Positions 30,076 to 40,909 of a stretch of DNA of 60,207 nt are shown in pieces. Origin of the DNA: Bdellovibrionales bacterium (GTDB lineage: Bacteria > Bdellovibrionota > Bdellovibrionia > Bdellovibrionales > UBA1609). Every line of letters begins with the position of its first letter. Position 1 is the first letter of the stretch. The notes below the pieces were generated by a model. That model saw only the letters and a program-made list of their open reading frames with translations. It made no database searches and was not told the origin of the DNA. Location of the stretch: assembly GCA_028283955.1 (NCBI GenBank), contig JANQSP010000055.1, forward strand, positions 1-60,207, in the 5' to 3' direction. The translations under genes were made by a program, and so were the position numbers.

Positions 30076-33000
30076 CTACTGCTGTCCTCCCCTTTGAGGT
30101 AAAGCATTTGAATTATCAAAACCGATATAACCAAAAGGATTGTTATCAACAAACCACTCACCAAATCTTTCAAACATGCCCTTCTTCTTATCTTCGGGGT
30201 CTCTGAAGTAATGATGTTGTTCATCATACCTCATATCATAAACCCCCGGGTAAAATCCTGTTCTGTTCCACACTTTAGCCTGTTGAATCACCCTTCGCAT
30301 ACCATCCGCCGGCTTGGAAACCGTATTATATGAGTTGGTATGCAATCCATACGGATCATAATCCTCCACTCCTTGTATTTTATCCGCTTCGACAAAAGCA
30401 TGAGTGAGAAAAGTGAATTTTTCCAACTCTGTTGCTCCTCTTATAGATAAAACATAAGGCCGGTTTCTAAAACTGAGTAAATTGTGAAACTGCCCCCGAT
30501 CACCCGCTATAGGTTGATAAAGATAAAAGTAGTTTTCCGTTATATAAAAAGGTTCCGCCACTTCCGCTTCGTCAATATCTTCAGAACAAAGCATCAAGCC
30601 TGATTTAATATAGGGAATCTGATGAATAAAATTATCTTTCAACTCTTCTTTCCATACCATATTTGTATCATATCCATCGAAAGCCAGGTTTTGTGCCCTT
30701 ACCACCAGACAATGACGATATTTTTTTAAGCGAATGGATATCGCAGAATGATTCACATTTAAATATAAAGACTCATCGGCAAAACGCAAAGACTGCTGCC
30801 GACGATTTTGATCTGATTCCGAACGACTGGTTTGCCAATCACTTTTTAAACCAAAACCACCAAATGAAACAACAGGACTTACAACACTCAAGGGACTCAG
30901 TATATTCTGCAGAAACTTCGGTCCCCCTCCTGCCAGTCCTAAAAAGGTAAATCCCATTCCAAGAGAAGTGGAGAAAGAACGGGACATGGACCAGGTAGCG
31001 GAGTAAGCATAATCAAAAGCCCTTTGTACATTAAAGTTTCTGGTCTGACCAAACTCATAAATAAGATCAGAATAATCAGAGCCAATATCCCCTACTATAA
31101 CTTTCTTTTCTATATGAAAGAAATTAAATGGATTAGCGACACATTTAAAATAAGGATGGCGATATGATCTAAGGGCATTTATAAAGGGCCTGGCTGTCAT
31201 GGCTCCCGACAGAGCCACCATTTGTTGATCTTCATTCGCTCTTTTCAAAGCCAGCTGCTTATCTTTATAGATAGACTGTACAACTGTATTCGGCTCCTCT
31301 TCTTCACTTTCTTCTGTCTCTTCCGAAGAAAACAGCCTCTCCCACAAAGGAGGCGGCTCGCTTACATCGTGAACCAGAAAAGGATTTTCCACAGTCAGTA
31401 AGGTTTTCTCCATTGGCAATAAACTGTATTGTTGCATAGCTCTATAAAGATCCGCATACTGTTCCTCGGCATCTTTCTCTTCTAAAAAATATTGTAAAGT
31501 CCCTTTGTAATATCTAAAATGTTCCATGTGCTTAAGGTAAATACTATCCAATTGCCTTTGTTCAAGATATTCCTGATAGAACTTATCAAACCAAAAACCA
31601 CAAAGAGAATGTAAGAACGACATGACTTCCGGTGTTTGCAAAGTGGAAGCGTGAACACCCTCCATAACCACTTTATTTAACCAGGATCTGTTCATATCAG
31701 GTATAAACATCTGCTTTATTTTTTTATCTATAGCAAAGTAATCATCCCCTTCTATAAGTTCAAAATTATTCCAAAAAGCCTGGCTGTATTCTCCATATTC
31801 ATCCACCAGCCTGCTATGAGCTTCCATATTTAATTCTTCATATGCTCTTCCCTCTTGCTCCCTTATTTGAAAATATAATTCCCGTTCCATAACACCACCC
31901 AACCGGGAATCACGTACAGCTTTCTGTTTTTCCTCATTTGCCTTATGGTTAAAGTGATATTCATTATGTAACTGAGCTGTTGCCTGCAAATCGCCTATAA
32001 AACGATTCACCAAAGTGTCATCATCCAGAGTAATGACTTTTAAACCTTCATCATTAGCAAACAAATTCATATTAAAAGCGGACCACTCTGCAGGATCATC
32101 CGGAAAAGAGATATCAGAAGTAAACCATTTATTTCTCTCACTCTCCCTGCGACTCAAATAATTTTGTTTTTGTGAAATAGATATAGGTACGGAAAAAGAC
32201 TCACTTGCCAAATTAATGAACTTCTTTCTGTCCTCCTCTAGTACCTTTTTTAGATCCGGTTCGGAAATATCCGAATTTTCCAGAAAAGCCAAAGATCCTC
32301 TTAAAATATTAATCAATTCCCTGAAAAAATTTCTTTCCTTACTATCATCACTACTCGGCCCGTTAAGAGCTGTTGAGGCAAATGTAATAGTTCCATGAAT
32401 AGTTTCGATAAGAGCGTTTTTTTGTTCTTCAAAATCAGATATTGTACTGTCATCCCACTTTGTTCCCAATAGCTTACTCATATCCTCATACAGCTTCTCA
32501 AGAACCGAACCTGTTCTTTTTATCACAGCGACAGACGTTTCACTCCATTCACCTGTGTTCACAAGGAAGGTGCTCTGTAACTTTGTAAAGAACTCATGTT
32601 CGGAAATAACCTTTTCTTCTTCTTCTGCTGCTTCTCCTTTTAGCACGACACTATACTCTTTTCCCATTTTAATAAACTGATCCAGCTGCCAGGGGTCCAT
32701 ATCCAACTGCATTTGCTCGGCACCATTACCAGTAATTTCCAGGTTCGTGTACTCATTTAACACTTTAAAAATATTCCAGTTCCTCAAATCACCAGGAACA
32801 AAAGTACCCATAAAAGGACGGGCTATTAACTCATGCTCAGTAAAAGGCACGAAAGAAGACCTGGAAGGGTCCACCTTACAAGAACCGGAATAGGTATAAT
32901 ATTTCGGATCCGTAGGTAAAAGCTGCACAATAAGACGATTGTTTGAACCTATAAAAATAAACTGATCCAGATCAAACAAAAAGTTGGTATAGGCATTAAC

Positions 33001-35421
33001 AACACTGTCTCTTACCTGTACGTATGTATCAAAATGGGTGATATACTCCAGGTGTGTGTTCATCATTTGCCCGATTTGATTGCCGTCTCTATCTATTTTC
33101 CATCCCAGATTGGTATTCCAATCATGCATCTTGTAGTATTGCTTCCTAAAACTTTCATCCTCAACAACCTGATTCCCCTTACCTGCCGTCTCTTCCGTGT
33201 GCGACTTAACAAGAATAAGGCGGAGAAAATAATAGCCTCTTCTGGAATCCTGAGAGGAGGGCCTTTGTCCTCCGGCCCCGGTAGCTATATTATCCGGACG
33301 ATCTATTTTGATTCTAAAAAGAAACAACAGATTTTGAAAAATATTGATGCCCAACCAACGATCAATAGTATAGATAAATTCAGGTGATAAACTTCTAAAG
33401 TCATGTAAAATAATTTGCGGTCGTTCCGCGCCTTTCGCCAAATGAGCTGTTCTGATAGAGCTATGCCCCAACTGAGTAATATCCTGGAAGAATACAAAGC
33501 CCCAGTGCCAGGGATTGATGGCGATCACTCTCTCCCCTTCAAAACCCCATTCCTTTTTTGAAAAAATCATCTTTCTGACGAAATAATGTTCGCGGTCATA
33601 CCATTTATGGTAAATTTTATCCATCCACTGTAAACACCCTCTTGTATCCGAGATATAGGGCGTATTTTTTAATGCCTTTCCACCCAAATCCTGCCACTCA
33701 CCCTCTTTAAAGTCGGATATATCCCAATCCTCGCTCTTCCTTACTTCAGGTATGTCAACCACCCCTCCTTCCCGAGACTGGCCATCCCTGCTAAAAAAGA
33801 CATTTTGTCGCTGAATAGTAATATGAGTATTGGGAACGGGATCATTAGTCAGAGGGTCCACAATGCATACTTCACCAACATAGCGAACGGTACGATCCAC
33901 CGGTGTGAGACATTCATTTTTCTCAACACTGATATCAGAAAAACGAAGACGATTCAGCCTCACATCCCATCCCGCTTTTCTAAAACCCTCCTCCTCTCTG
34001 CTCAACCAGGAACCCGACAGGTTATAACTATCTATGAGCGACATCTCATTAAGTGAGTTCTTCTCATAGAAAGCTTTGATGGCCGGTTCCAGCTGTAAAC
34101 TGTTTGAACCGAGGACGGCTCTTAACTTACCGGGAAAAGAAAACACACCTTCAAAAGGAAGAAAAAAATCCTTGGAATCCCCCTCCGGCTGCACCTTTAA
34201 ACCTAAAAAAGCCGGTAACCCGTAATGCTCATAAGGTACATGAAAGTAAAACTCAGAAGTTAAGTCCCTTTCCTTTGTTCCCACTGTCAATGAAGCTGAC
34301 TTAAACCCCATATCCCTATGCAAAACAATGTGCTTTCCTTTTTCATTTTTAAGAAACAAATAAGCTTTAACAGAATAACTCCCACGATTTAAAGGAAGAA
34401 GTTCCAGCTCATTCCTGTAATTCCTCACCTGAATTCTCAGTGGCATTTGCAAACGAACCTTAAAGAAACGACCTGGAGGGTCACAATTCTCCTTTATATC
34501 AGCATGACATACTCTAAACTGCTTGAGAGCATTCAGGTGCTCCTCAGAATGATCTTTTTGAACAAGCACATACTCCTGACTAATATTGGCGTCTATCTCA
34601 TTTAACAAAAGACGTGGACGAGGTGCCTTACTTTCAAAATGAGAGATAACACTGGATAAACTTCTTTTTTTATAATCACATAACTGGCAATCTATATCGT
34701 TATTATTTTCAGTACAAAAGCGGCACTGAGGAATATCCTCCTCTTTTAAACTGATGAGCGTCTTCTTTTGATCAATAGCACCAGGGTGGGATAGCAGATC
34801 CACCAATTGAAGTTCAAGAGCCGATCCGGACGGATCCAAAGAAAGCCAGGGGTTTACCGCCATAGGTACGGTAAAAGTACCTTTATGTTTCCCCGTACCT
34901 TCAAAAGTTCTTTCATAACGAAACCATACAGACCGGTTTACAGGATGATAAGGATATACCTCCGTCCATTTAAAACAACCACTGGAATCTGTTCTAATCT
35001 GAATACAGGACTTATTGGATGACAGCAGGAAAGAGTCACTTTCGGAGCACTCCGTATCCTTATCAGATCTCTCTTTATTTCCGGTATTTCCACTCGTTCT
35101 TTTTGAATGAGACGCTGAGTTTTCCTTTTTACTTAAACCAAAATTCTCATGAAAATGAATTTTAAAAAGACTATTCTGTATAGTATTATCCTGATGAACA
35201 TGATCTCTAAAACAGGCTGTATAAAATATTTGAATCTCTTCCGGCAAACCATTTACTCTGGTAGCAACAACCCGACCTTTTACTTCATCTACAATAAATC
35301 TGGCATTATTCGTATTATCATCAACAGTAGATCTTCTTGTGTCATCCCCAAAAAGAAAAGAACAGGAGGCAAGTAATAGAAATAAAGATACTGTGAACAG
35401 GCGAAACAGGATCAAAGGCAT
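30076..35421 (-). CDS. Very large lipoprotein of unknown function
   Basis: 1793-aa track ORF from 35457. The ATG at 35421 gives a signal peptide with lipobox LLLASC. Cys-rich beta domains and an internal repeat are visible. Confidence 0.75.
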   Translation of the reverse strand: MPLILFRLFTVSLFLLLASCSFLFGDDTRRSTVDDNTNNARFIVDEVKGRVVATRVNGLPEEIQIFYTACFRDHVHQDNTIQNSLFKIHFHENFGLSKKENSASHSKRTSGNTGNKERSDKDTECSESDSFLLSSNKSCIQIRTDSSGCFKWTEVYPYHPVNRSVWFRYERTFEGTGKHKGTFTVPMAVNPWLSLDPSGSALELQLVDLLSHPGAIDQKKTLISLKEEDIPQCRFCTENNNDIDCQLCDYKKRSLSSVISHFESKAPRPRLLLNEIDANISQEYVLVQKDHSEEHLNALKQFRVCHADIKENCDPPGRFFKVRLQMPLRIQVRNYRNELELLPLNRGSYSVKAYLFLKNEKGKHIVLHRDMGFKSASLTVGTKERDLTSEFYFHVPYEHYGLPAFLGLKVQPEGDSKDFFLPFEGVFSFPGKLRAVLGSNSLQLEPAIKAFYEKNSLNEMSLIDSYNLSGSWLSREEEGFRKAGWDVRLNRLRFSDISVEKNECLTPVDRTVRYVGEVCIVDPLTNDPVPNTHITIQRQNVFFSRDGQSREGGVVDIPEVRKSEDWDISDFKEGEWQDLGGKALKNTPYISDTRGCLQWMDKIYHKWYDREHYFVRKMIFSKKEWGFEGERVIAINPWHWGFVFFQDITQLGHSSIRTAHLAKGAERPQIILHDFRSLSPEFIYTIDRWLGINIFQNLLFLFRIKIDRPDNIATGAGGQRPSSQDSRRGYYFLRLILVKSHTEETAGKGNQVVEDESFRKQYYKMHDWNTNLGWKIDRDGNQIGQMMNTHLEYITHFDTYVQVRDSVVNAYTNFLFDLDQFIFIGSNNRLIVQLLPTDPKYYTYSGSCKVDPSRSSFVPFTEHELIARPFMGTFVPGDLRNWNIFKVLNEYTNLEITGNGAEQMQLDMDPWQLDQFIKMGKEYSVVLKGEAAEEEEKVISEHEFFTKLQSTFLVNTGEWSETSVAVIKRTGSVLEKLYEDMSKLLGTKWDDSTISDFEEQKNALIETIHGTITFASTALNGPSSDDSKERNFFRELINILRGSLAFLENSDISEPDLKKVLEEDRKKFINLASESFSVPISISQKQNYLSRRESERNKWFTSDISFPDDPAEWSAFNMNLFANDEGLKVITLDDDTLVNRFIGDLQATAQLHNEYHFNHKANEEKQKAVRDSRLGGVMERELYFQIREQEGRAYEELNMEAHSRLVDEYGEYSQAFWNNFELIEGDDYFAIDKKIKQMFIPDMNRSWLNKVVMEGVHASTLQTPEVMSFLHSLCGFWFDKFYQEYLEQRQLDSIYLKHMEHFRYYKGTLQYFLEEKDAEEQYADLYRAMQQYSLLPMEKTLLTVENPFLVHDVSEPPPLWERLFSSEETEESEEEEPNTVVQSIYKDKQLALKRANEDQQMVALSGAMTARPFINALRSYRHPYFKCVANPFNFFHIEKKVIVGDIGSDYSDLIYEFGQTRNFNVQRAFDYAYSATWSMSRSFSTSLGMGFTFLGLAGGGPKFLQNILSPLSVVSPVVSFGGFGLKSDWQTSRSESDQNRRQQSLRFADESLYLNVNHSAISIRLKKYRHCLVVRAQNLAFDGYDTNMVWKEELKDNFIHQIPYIKSGLMLCSEDIDEAEVAEPFYITENYFYLYQPIAGDRGQFHNLLSFRNRPYVLSIRGATELEKFTFLTHAFVEADKIQGVEDYDPYGLHTNSYNTVSKPADGMRRVIQQAKVWNRTGFYPGVYDMRYDEQHHYFRDPEDKKKGMFERFGEWFVDNNPFGYIGFDNSNALPQRGGQQ

Positions 35422-35748
35422 TTGGTAATCCAAGTAGCTATTTTGTAAAGTTTTCACAAATAAACCCAGGGGGGAAATTAAAGCACAAACCCTGCTTTCA
35501 CAGATGCTATAGAAAATTTTTTTTCCTAAATCAAGGGGGGTAATAAAATTTACAAAAAGACAATAATTCCTTGACTTAATATTATCATTTCATTTTGGCT
35601 GCTCTAACAGAGAAGACGATGTTCATCTCATATATAAAGCTTGTGAAGAAACAGGACTTTTTACCTTCCGCCCTGGAAAAGAACTAACAGCTGTCTTTAC
35701 AAAAATAAAAGTGACAAAATATTAAAGAACTTTAGATATAATATCAGA

Positions 35749-36903
35749 TTATAGAGACGAGTAACGGGAACTCACAAAAACCATAAAAGAGTGCTGCCGA
35801 TCCCCTATAGAAGAAGGACTGACAACACTTTGTTGAATAGGATCAGATAAAATATAACGAAAACCCAATTCAAAATTTCCTTTCGGAAAAAAAGACTTTA
35901 GTTCCATCAAAAAACCTGTCCTGTCATTATGTCCATACTTCTCTTCGTTAAAATACGCCGGAGCCGAATCAGAATTATTATAAAAATACTCCACACGGGA
36001 ATAGATTTTAGCGAATTTCCAAAAGTCCATATCCAAAATACCATATACTCTCTCTCCCCAAGCTCTTTCAATAGGGGCCCCCATATTCATCAAACCATTG
36101 TAACCAAGAGAGAAATATATTTCCGGTGTAATCCTGATCTGCGAACTAAAATCGAAATTAACCCCGTAATATGAATAAACAAACTCAGCACTGTTTCGAG
36201 TCCCGGAAATAGTATTTCCATAACCTTTACTCTCATATGCGATAACAGCAGGTAAACTGTTAAAATAAAAGCCCGTGACATGACCTTTAAAAGAATAGTA
36301 GTCGGAAGGAATCCATTCACTATAAGTAAAGAGAGAAGTGAAAAAAGGACTGTCTTCAATCTCATTACTTCTTCTGAAAGAGTTCACGATAGAGGGGGCA
36401 CTCAGCTGAAGAACTGTCTGCACCTCATACTTTTCCTTTATATAAGAGTAAGCTAACAAAGCGGACAAAAAAGACTGATCCGACACCAGGAGCGGAGCGC
36501 TCAGATAATCCTGGTTAATAGCACCTATTTGAAAACTAAAACGTTCTAATGGCCTGATCTCAAAAAAGCCCTGGTGCATCTGTATAACTGAAGACTCAGA
36601 ACGAACAAAACGAAGATGTTGAACCTCCCCTTCCTTTACAACCAGGTAAGGTTCAAAATAACCGAACATATAAGAATTAAATTCCAGGTTAAACTTTCCA
36701 TACAGTTTAATCTTCATCAAACGTTCAAATTTTGAATTGTTTTTGAGGACAGTCCCCTCAACATGAGTTTTCCAATAGCTATTCACTTTAAAATCAGAAG
36801 AGATTTCCTCATCATCCACTTTATAGAAGTGACTATCCTGGAGTTGCGCTTGAACCACGCTGGAAAAACCGGAGATGCAAAAAAGCAACACTAACTTTTT
36901 CAA
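35749..36903 (-). CDS. Putative outer-membrane beta-barrel protein (porin-like)
   Basis: Signal peptide ending VVQA and aromatic-rich alternating beta strands throughout. Confidence 0.6.
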   Translation of the reverse strand: MKKLVLLFCISGFSSVVQAQLQDSHFYKVDDEEISSDFKVNSYWKTHVEGTVLKNNSKFERLMKIKLYGKFNLEFNSYMFGYFEPYLVVKEGEVQHLRFVRSESSVIQMHQGFFEIRPLERFSFQIGAINQDYLSAPLLVSDQSFLSALLAYSYIKEKYEVQTVLQLSAPSIVNSFRRSNEIEDSPFFTSLFTYSEWIPSDYYSFKGHVTGFYFNSLPAVIAYESKGYGNTISGTRNSAEFVYSYYGVNFDFSSQIRITPEIYFSLGYNGLMNMGAPIERAWGERVYGILDMDFWKFAKIYSRVEYFYNNSDSAPAYFNEEKYGHNDRTGFLMELKSFFPKGNFELGFRYILSDPIQQSVVSPSSIGDRQHSFMVFVSSRYSSL

Positions 36904-37170
36904 TTGTGATATAACCCCTTCAACCTTAATCTATAGGTTGAAAACACAGGCATCAAAAGTAAAAAAAGCCACGTTACACCAAACAACTTTGCCCTTATTT
37001 CTTCTTAAATCCCATTTCGAAAAGGATAAAGGAATAAAACACTTCTTAACAAACACCTAACATTTATCTGGACAATACGATAATCAAAAAATTGACGCAA
37101 AAGGATTGCTACGCCGCTCCTTTGATGGCAACACCAGCCAAAGAACCCAACGCAACGTTTAATATACCTC

Positions 37171-38637
37171 TCATACACTTAAAGCCTCTTTCAATAGAGA
37201 GTAGATACCCCCAAAGTCCCCATTACTCATAGTTAAAATCACATCCCCTTTTAGTACTTTCTGTTTCACAAGACCAACCATCTGCTCTACATCTTCAGCG
37301 TAAAAAGCTCTCTTTTTCTCCTTCTTCTGTCTATTCAAATTATCAACCAGCAGCTTCGAAGAAAAGCGCTCTGATTCGGCAACAGAAGAAGCATTATAAG
37401 CTTTCATACAAAAAACCAAATCAGCTTGCGATAAAGCATTTTGATAATCTTTTTGAAAAATATTTCTTCGGGAGGTATTGGATCGAGGTTCAAACAAAGC
37501 CAGAATGCGACGGCCTGAATACATTTCCCGTGCGGATTTTAACACAGACAGAACCGCTGTAGGATGATGAGCAAAATCCTCAATTAAAGTTATTCCGGAA
37601 AAGTGACCCAAAACCTGAAATCTTCTTCTGACCCCCTGAAACCTTTTTAAAGCCGACAGCACCTTTTCCTTATTGAGGTTAAGGACACAAGACAACACCC
37701 ATACAGATAAAACATTTAGAGCATTATGTTCACCCGGCAAGGGAGTCCGGATTTCCACCGTTTCCCCTTCCGGGTCTTTCACCTGTAACAACTGTCCTTC
37801 ACCGGGAACAGGTGTTCTTTTCACCAGGTGCCAGTCTCCTTCGTTTGTACCGTAGGTAATCACTTTCTGATCCGTAATAGAAATAAGCTTTTTTACCAAA
37901 GGAGAATCAATACCCGCTATTAAACAGGAAGAAGCGGAAATTTTCTTTTTCATTAAAAGCCGAAAGGCCTGCTCCACATCCTTTATATCTCTATAAATAT
38001 CCGCATGATCAAATTCGATATTACTTAATAAAGTATATGTGGAATGATAGTGAACACATTTCGGTGTTTTCTCAAAAAAAGCCGTATCATACTCATCCCC
38101 CTCCACGACAAACCAATTGGAGTCACTGAAATGAAATCCCTTTTTAAAGTTTTCAGACACACCTCCAATCATGAAGCCCGGATCCAATCCACATTCATGC
38201 AACACCCAGGCAACCAAACAGGAGATAGTGGTCTTTCCATGTGTCCCACAAACCATAACGGTATTTTTTTCTCCAATGACAAAAGAATTAAGGGCTTCCG
38301 GTAAACTGATATAAGGAAGACCGGAAGACAACAGCGCCTGAGTTTCCGGTAGGTTGCGGGAGATAACATTTCCCACCACGACCAGATCCAAGCCGGCATG
38401 AATATTTTGAGCCTCGTACCCTTTGACAGTGGAAATTCTCATCTTTCTTAATTCATCTGATATAGGAGGATAAAAGTGGCGATCACTGCCGCAAATATTA
38501 TACCCTTTTTCTTTTAACAAACCGGCCAAAGAAGACATGGCTGTCCCGCATATTCCCATAATATGAATTTCTGCATCAGATTTAAGGTCTATATAGGAAG
38601 TCTCAGCAGACGAACCACGGTGAATTTTTAATTTCAA
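37171..38637 (-). CDS. mpl: Murein peptide ligase Mpl (MurC family)
   Basis: IHIMGICGTAMSSLA, GTHGKTT, VEGDEYDTAFF, EFDHADI, DFAHHPTA and FEPRSNTSRR. Confidence 0.92.
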   Translation of the reverse strand: MKLKIHRGSSAETSYIDLKSDAEIHIMGICGTAMSSLAGLLKEKGYNICGSDRHFYPPISDELRKMRISTVKGYEAQNIHAGLDLVVVGNVISRNLPETQALLSSGLPYISLPEALNSFVIGEKNTVMVCGTHGKTTISCLVAWVLHECGLDPGFMIGGVSENFKKGFHFSDSNWFVVEGDEYDTAFFEKTPKCVHYHSTYTLLSNIEFDHADIYRDIKDVEQAFRLLMKKKISASSCLIAGIDSPLVKKLISITDQKVITYGTNEGDWHLVKRTPVPGEGQLLQVKDPEGETVEIRTPLPGEHNALNVLSVWVLSCVLNLNKEKVLSALKRFQGVRRRFQVLGHFSGITLIEDFAHHPTAVLSVLKSAREMYSGRRILALFEPRSNTSRRNIFQKDYQNALSQADLVFCMKAYNASSVAESERFSSKLLVDNLNRQKKEKKRAFYAEDVEQMVGLVKQKVLKGDVILTMSNGDFGGIYSLLKEALSV

Positions 38638-38652
38638 AAATATTCCCCTTAT

Positions 38653-39819
38653 TTAAGAAAAAGATCGAATGCGTTTCACAGAATCAACAAGATCGGATAT
38701 AAATCGATTCAGATGCTCTTTGCTCACTCCCAAACCCAGACTGATTCGAATAGCCATACGAGCTTCTTCTTCACTCAATCCCATAGCCACCAAAACACCA
38801 CTGGGATTAAGACTCCCTGAATGACAGGCCGACCCGACACTGAAAGCATATCCCTTTAAATCCATATTCATTAAAAGAGTCTCTCCCTGTACCTCGGGAA
38901 TATGAATACAGGAGGTATTGCCCAAGCGCTTCCCTTTTTTTCCTAAAACCTTTGCTCCGGAAACAGAGGATAAAATATTTTGTTCCATCTCATCTCTCAT
39001 TTGCTCCAACTGTTTAAACTCTTTTAAAATTTCTTCTCCTCTTTGAGCTACAGCTCCAAAACAAGCCATTCCCAACACATTTTCTGTTCCCGCGCGACGA
39101 TTTCTCTCCTGCGGCCCCCCATGTATCAGATTGCCAGGCAACAAACCTTTTCTACAGTAAAGGACACCCGCCCCTTTTAAAGCATAAAACTTATGAGCTG
39201 AAAAACCGGCTGTATCCACACCTAACTTGGATAAATTAAAATGAACTTTCCCTAAAGCCTGAACAGCATCACAATGGAAAAAAGCCCCTACTTTATGAGC
39301 CATTTTTACTAATTTGGAAACAGGAAATAAATTACCTGTTTCATTATTCGCATACATTATAGATACCATAAACGTTTTTTCACTTAAAGCAGACTCATAG
39401 GCGGATAAATCCAACTCACCCTGTATGGATACGGGGACATATTTTACCTTCATCCCTTTTATCCGCAAAGCCTCCACAGGAGCTTTTACACTGGGGTGTT
39501 CCACATTAGATATAACAATCTCATCTCGTTTCGGATCCTGAGGAAAATATTTCTCATACAGGCCTTTGATGGCCATATTATTGGCTTCACTGCCACCGCT
39601 GGTGGCTATCAACTCCAGAGGATGACACCCCATAAACTCCGCTAAATGAAGCTTGGAAGACCAGAATAGAGAGCGTGCATTCTGACCAATTTGATGCACA
39701 GAGCTTGGATTACCCCACAATGATAACCATTCTTGAATTTTCCGACTGAGAAATGAGGCGGGAGGAGTGGTTGCATTATAGTCTAAATAAACACGTCTTT
39801 CGTCCTGTAAAGTGTACAT
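38653..39819 (-). CDS. Cysteine desulfurase (IscS/NifS family)
   Basis: YLDYNATTP, GNPSSVH, SAHKF (PLP Lys) and GSACHS. Confidence 0.94.
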   Translation of the reverse strand: MYTLQDERRVYLDYNATTPPASFLSRKIQEWLSLWGNPSSVHQIGQNARSLFWSSKLHLAEFMGCHPLELIATSGGSEANNMAIKGLYEKYFPQDPKRDEIVISNVEHPSVKAPVEALRIKGMKVKYVPVSIQGELDLSAYESALSEKTFMVSIMYANNETGNLFPVSKLVKMAHKVGAFFHCDAVQALGKVHFNLSKLGVDTAGFSAHKFYALKGAGVLYCRKGLLPGNLIHGGPQERNRRAGTENVLGMACFGAVAQRGEEILKEFKQLEQMRDEMEQNILSSVSGAKVLGKKGKRLGNTSCIHIPEVQGETLLMNMDLKGYAFSVGSACHSGSLNPSGVLVAMGLSEEEARMAIRISLGLGVSKEHLNRFISDLVDSVKRIRSFS

Positions 39820-39931
39820 ATAAAAGGAAAAGTACCACACAGGGTGTATCGAAATCAGCACATATTTAAGAAAAACCCCTTTTTTTCCGAAAAATAAAAA
39901 AACTTTAACACTACGAAGAAAGAGCCAATTT

Positions 39932-40903
39932 ATGGAAAAAGAATGGCTAAAACAACTTAATCTTCCTGAAGAAGACTATCAAGAATGGAAAAACTCTTCT
40001 CAAGAGGACAGCTTTCCTGTCTGGGCTTTAAAAAATAAAAAGCTGCATCCGGACAAGTACATAGATTGGGCTACACATCATTATAAAATACCTTTTCTCA
40101 AAAGCTCTTTTTTTCATGATATTACACCAAACCAGCCACTTTGGAACCGTAATAAAGACCGTGAAGACTGGAATGAAAGCTTTGTACCCCTGTACGAATG
40201 GGATTCAACCCTGTTCGCAGGATGTATCAAGCCTCCCGACAAAACCAAGGACCCCAACATAGTACCTGTTCTTGCTCTACCAAACAATTTGGAGATTTTC
40301 TGGCATAAAATCAAAAAAATTTCCGCATCTGAAAAACCCTTTTACGGTTCAGACAATCCAACGACACCGGAAAGTAATACCCAAAAACAATCAGGGTTCT
40401 TCTTAAAATCAACTATATTACTTAATTCATTTATTAATAGAACCATTCTTACACAATTAAGACCTACTAACGAAAATAAGGTGTATGAGCAAATCCTTAC
40501 TATTGCAGAAAAATACTTCATTGGTGCCATCATTTTCTCATATCAAGATAACGAATTTAAACCAGTGGAATGGACGGAATCAGTAGCAGGCCCTGCTACA
40601 CCGGTAAAAACAGATAAGCCTTCCATATTCAAAATGATTATCAAATCCAGAAGTTCTTACCATGGATTTATTGTCGATAACCCCGAACACCAGAACTTTT
40701 TTACACCACGAGGGTTTAGCGAACTCCCCAAGCACGTAACCCTTGTACCTGTATTCAACAGTTCAAAAAATATGATAGGGGCTTTTATGGGAATATCCAA
40801 CAGAGTTATTCATCAAAAACACCTTCATGAAGTTACAGGGTGGACAAAACCTCTTGCAAAAATACTTATAGAAGAAGAAAAAAATTATAAAGCCGCAGCT
40901 TAA
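39932..40903 (+). CDS. Hypothetical cytoplasmic protein (GAF-like C-terminal region possible)
   Basis: 323-aa ORF filling the gap between divergent and convergent neighbours. No diagnostic motif recognised. Confidence 0.65.
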   Translation: MEKEWLKQLNLPEEDYQEWKNSSQEDSFPVWALKNKKLHPDKYIDWATHHYKIPFLKSSFFHDITPNQPLWNRNKDREDWNESFVPLYEWDSTLFAGCIKPPDKTKDPNIVPVLALPNNLEIFWHKIKKISASEKPFYGSDNPTTPESNTQKQSGFFLKSTILLNSFINRTILTQLRPTNENKVYEQILTIAEKYFIGAIIFSYQDNEFKPVEWTESVAGPATPVKTDKPSIFKMIIKSRSSYHGFIVDNPEHQNFFTPRGFSELPKHVTLVPVFNSSKNMIGAFMGISNRVIHQKHLHEVTGWTKPLAKILIEEEKNYKAAA

Positions 40904-40909
40904 CCTTTT

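Noticed and set aside
35458-35748. Long leader of the giant lipoprotein as a riboswitch
   Set aside because: No aptamer consensus that I could recognise.
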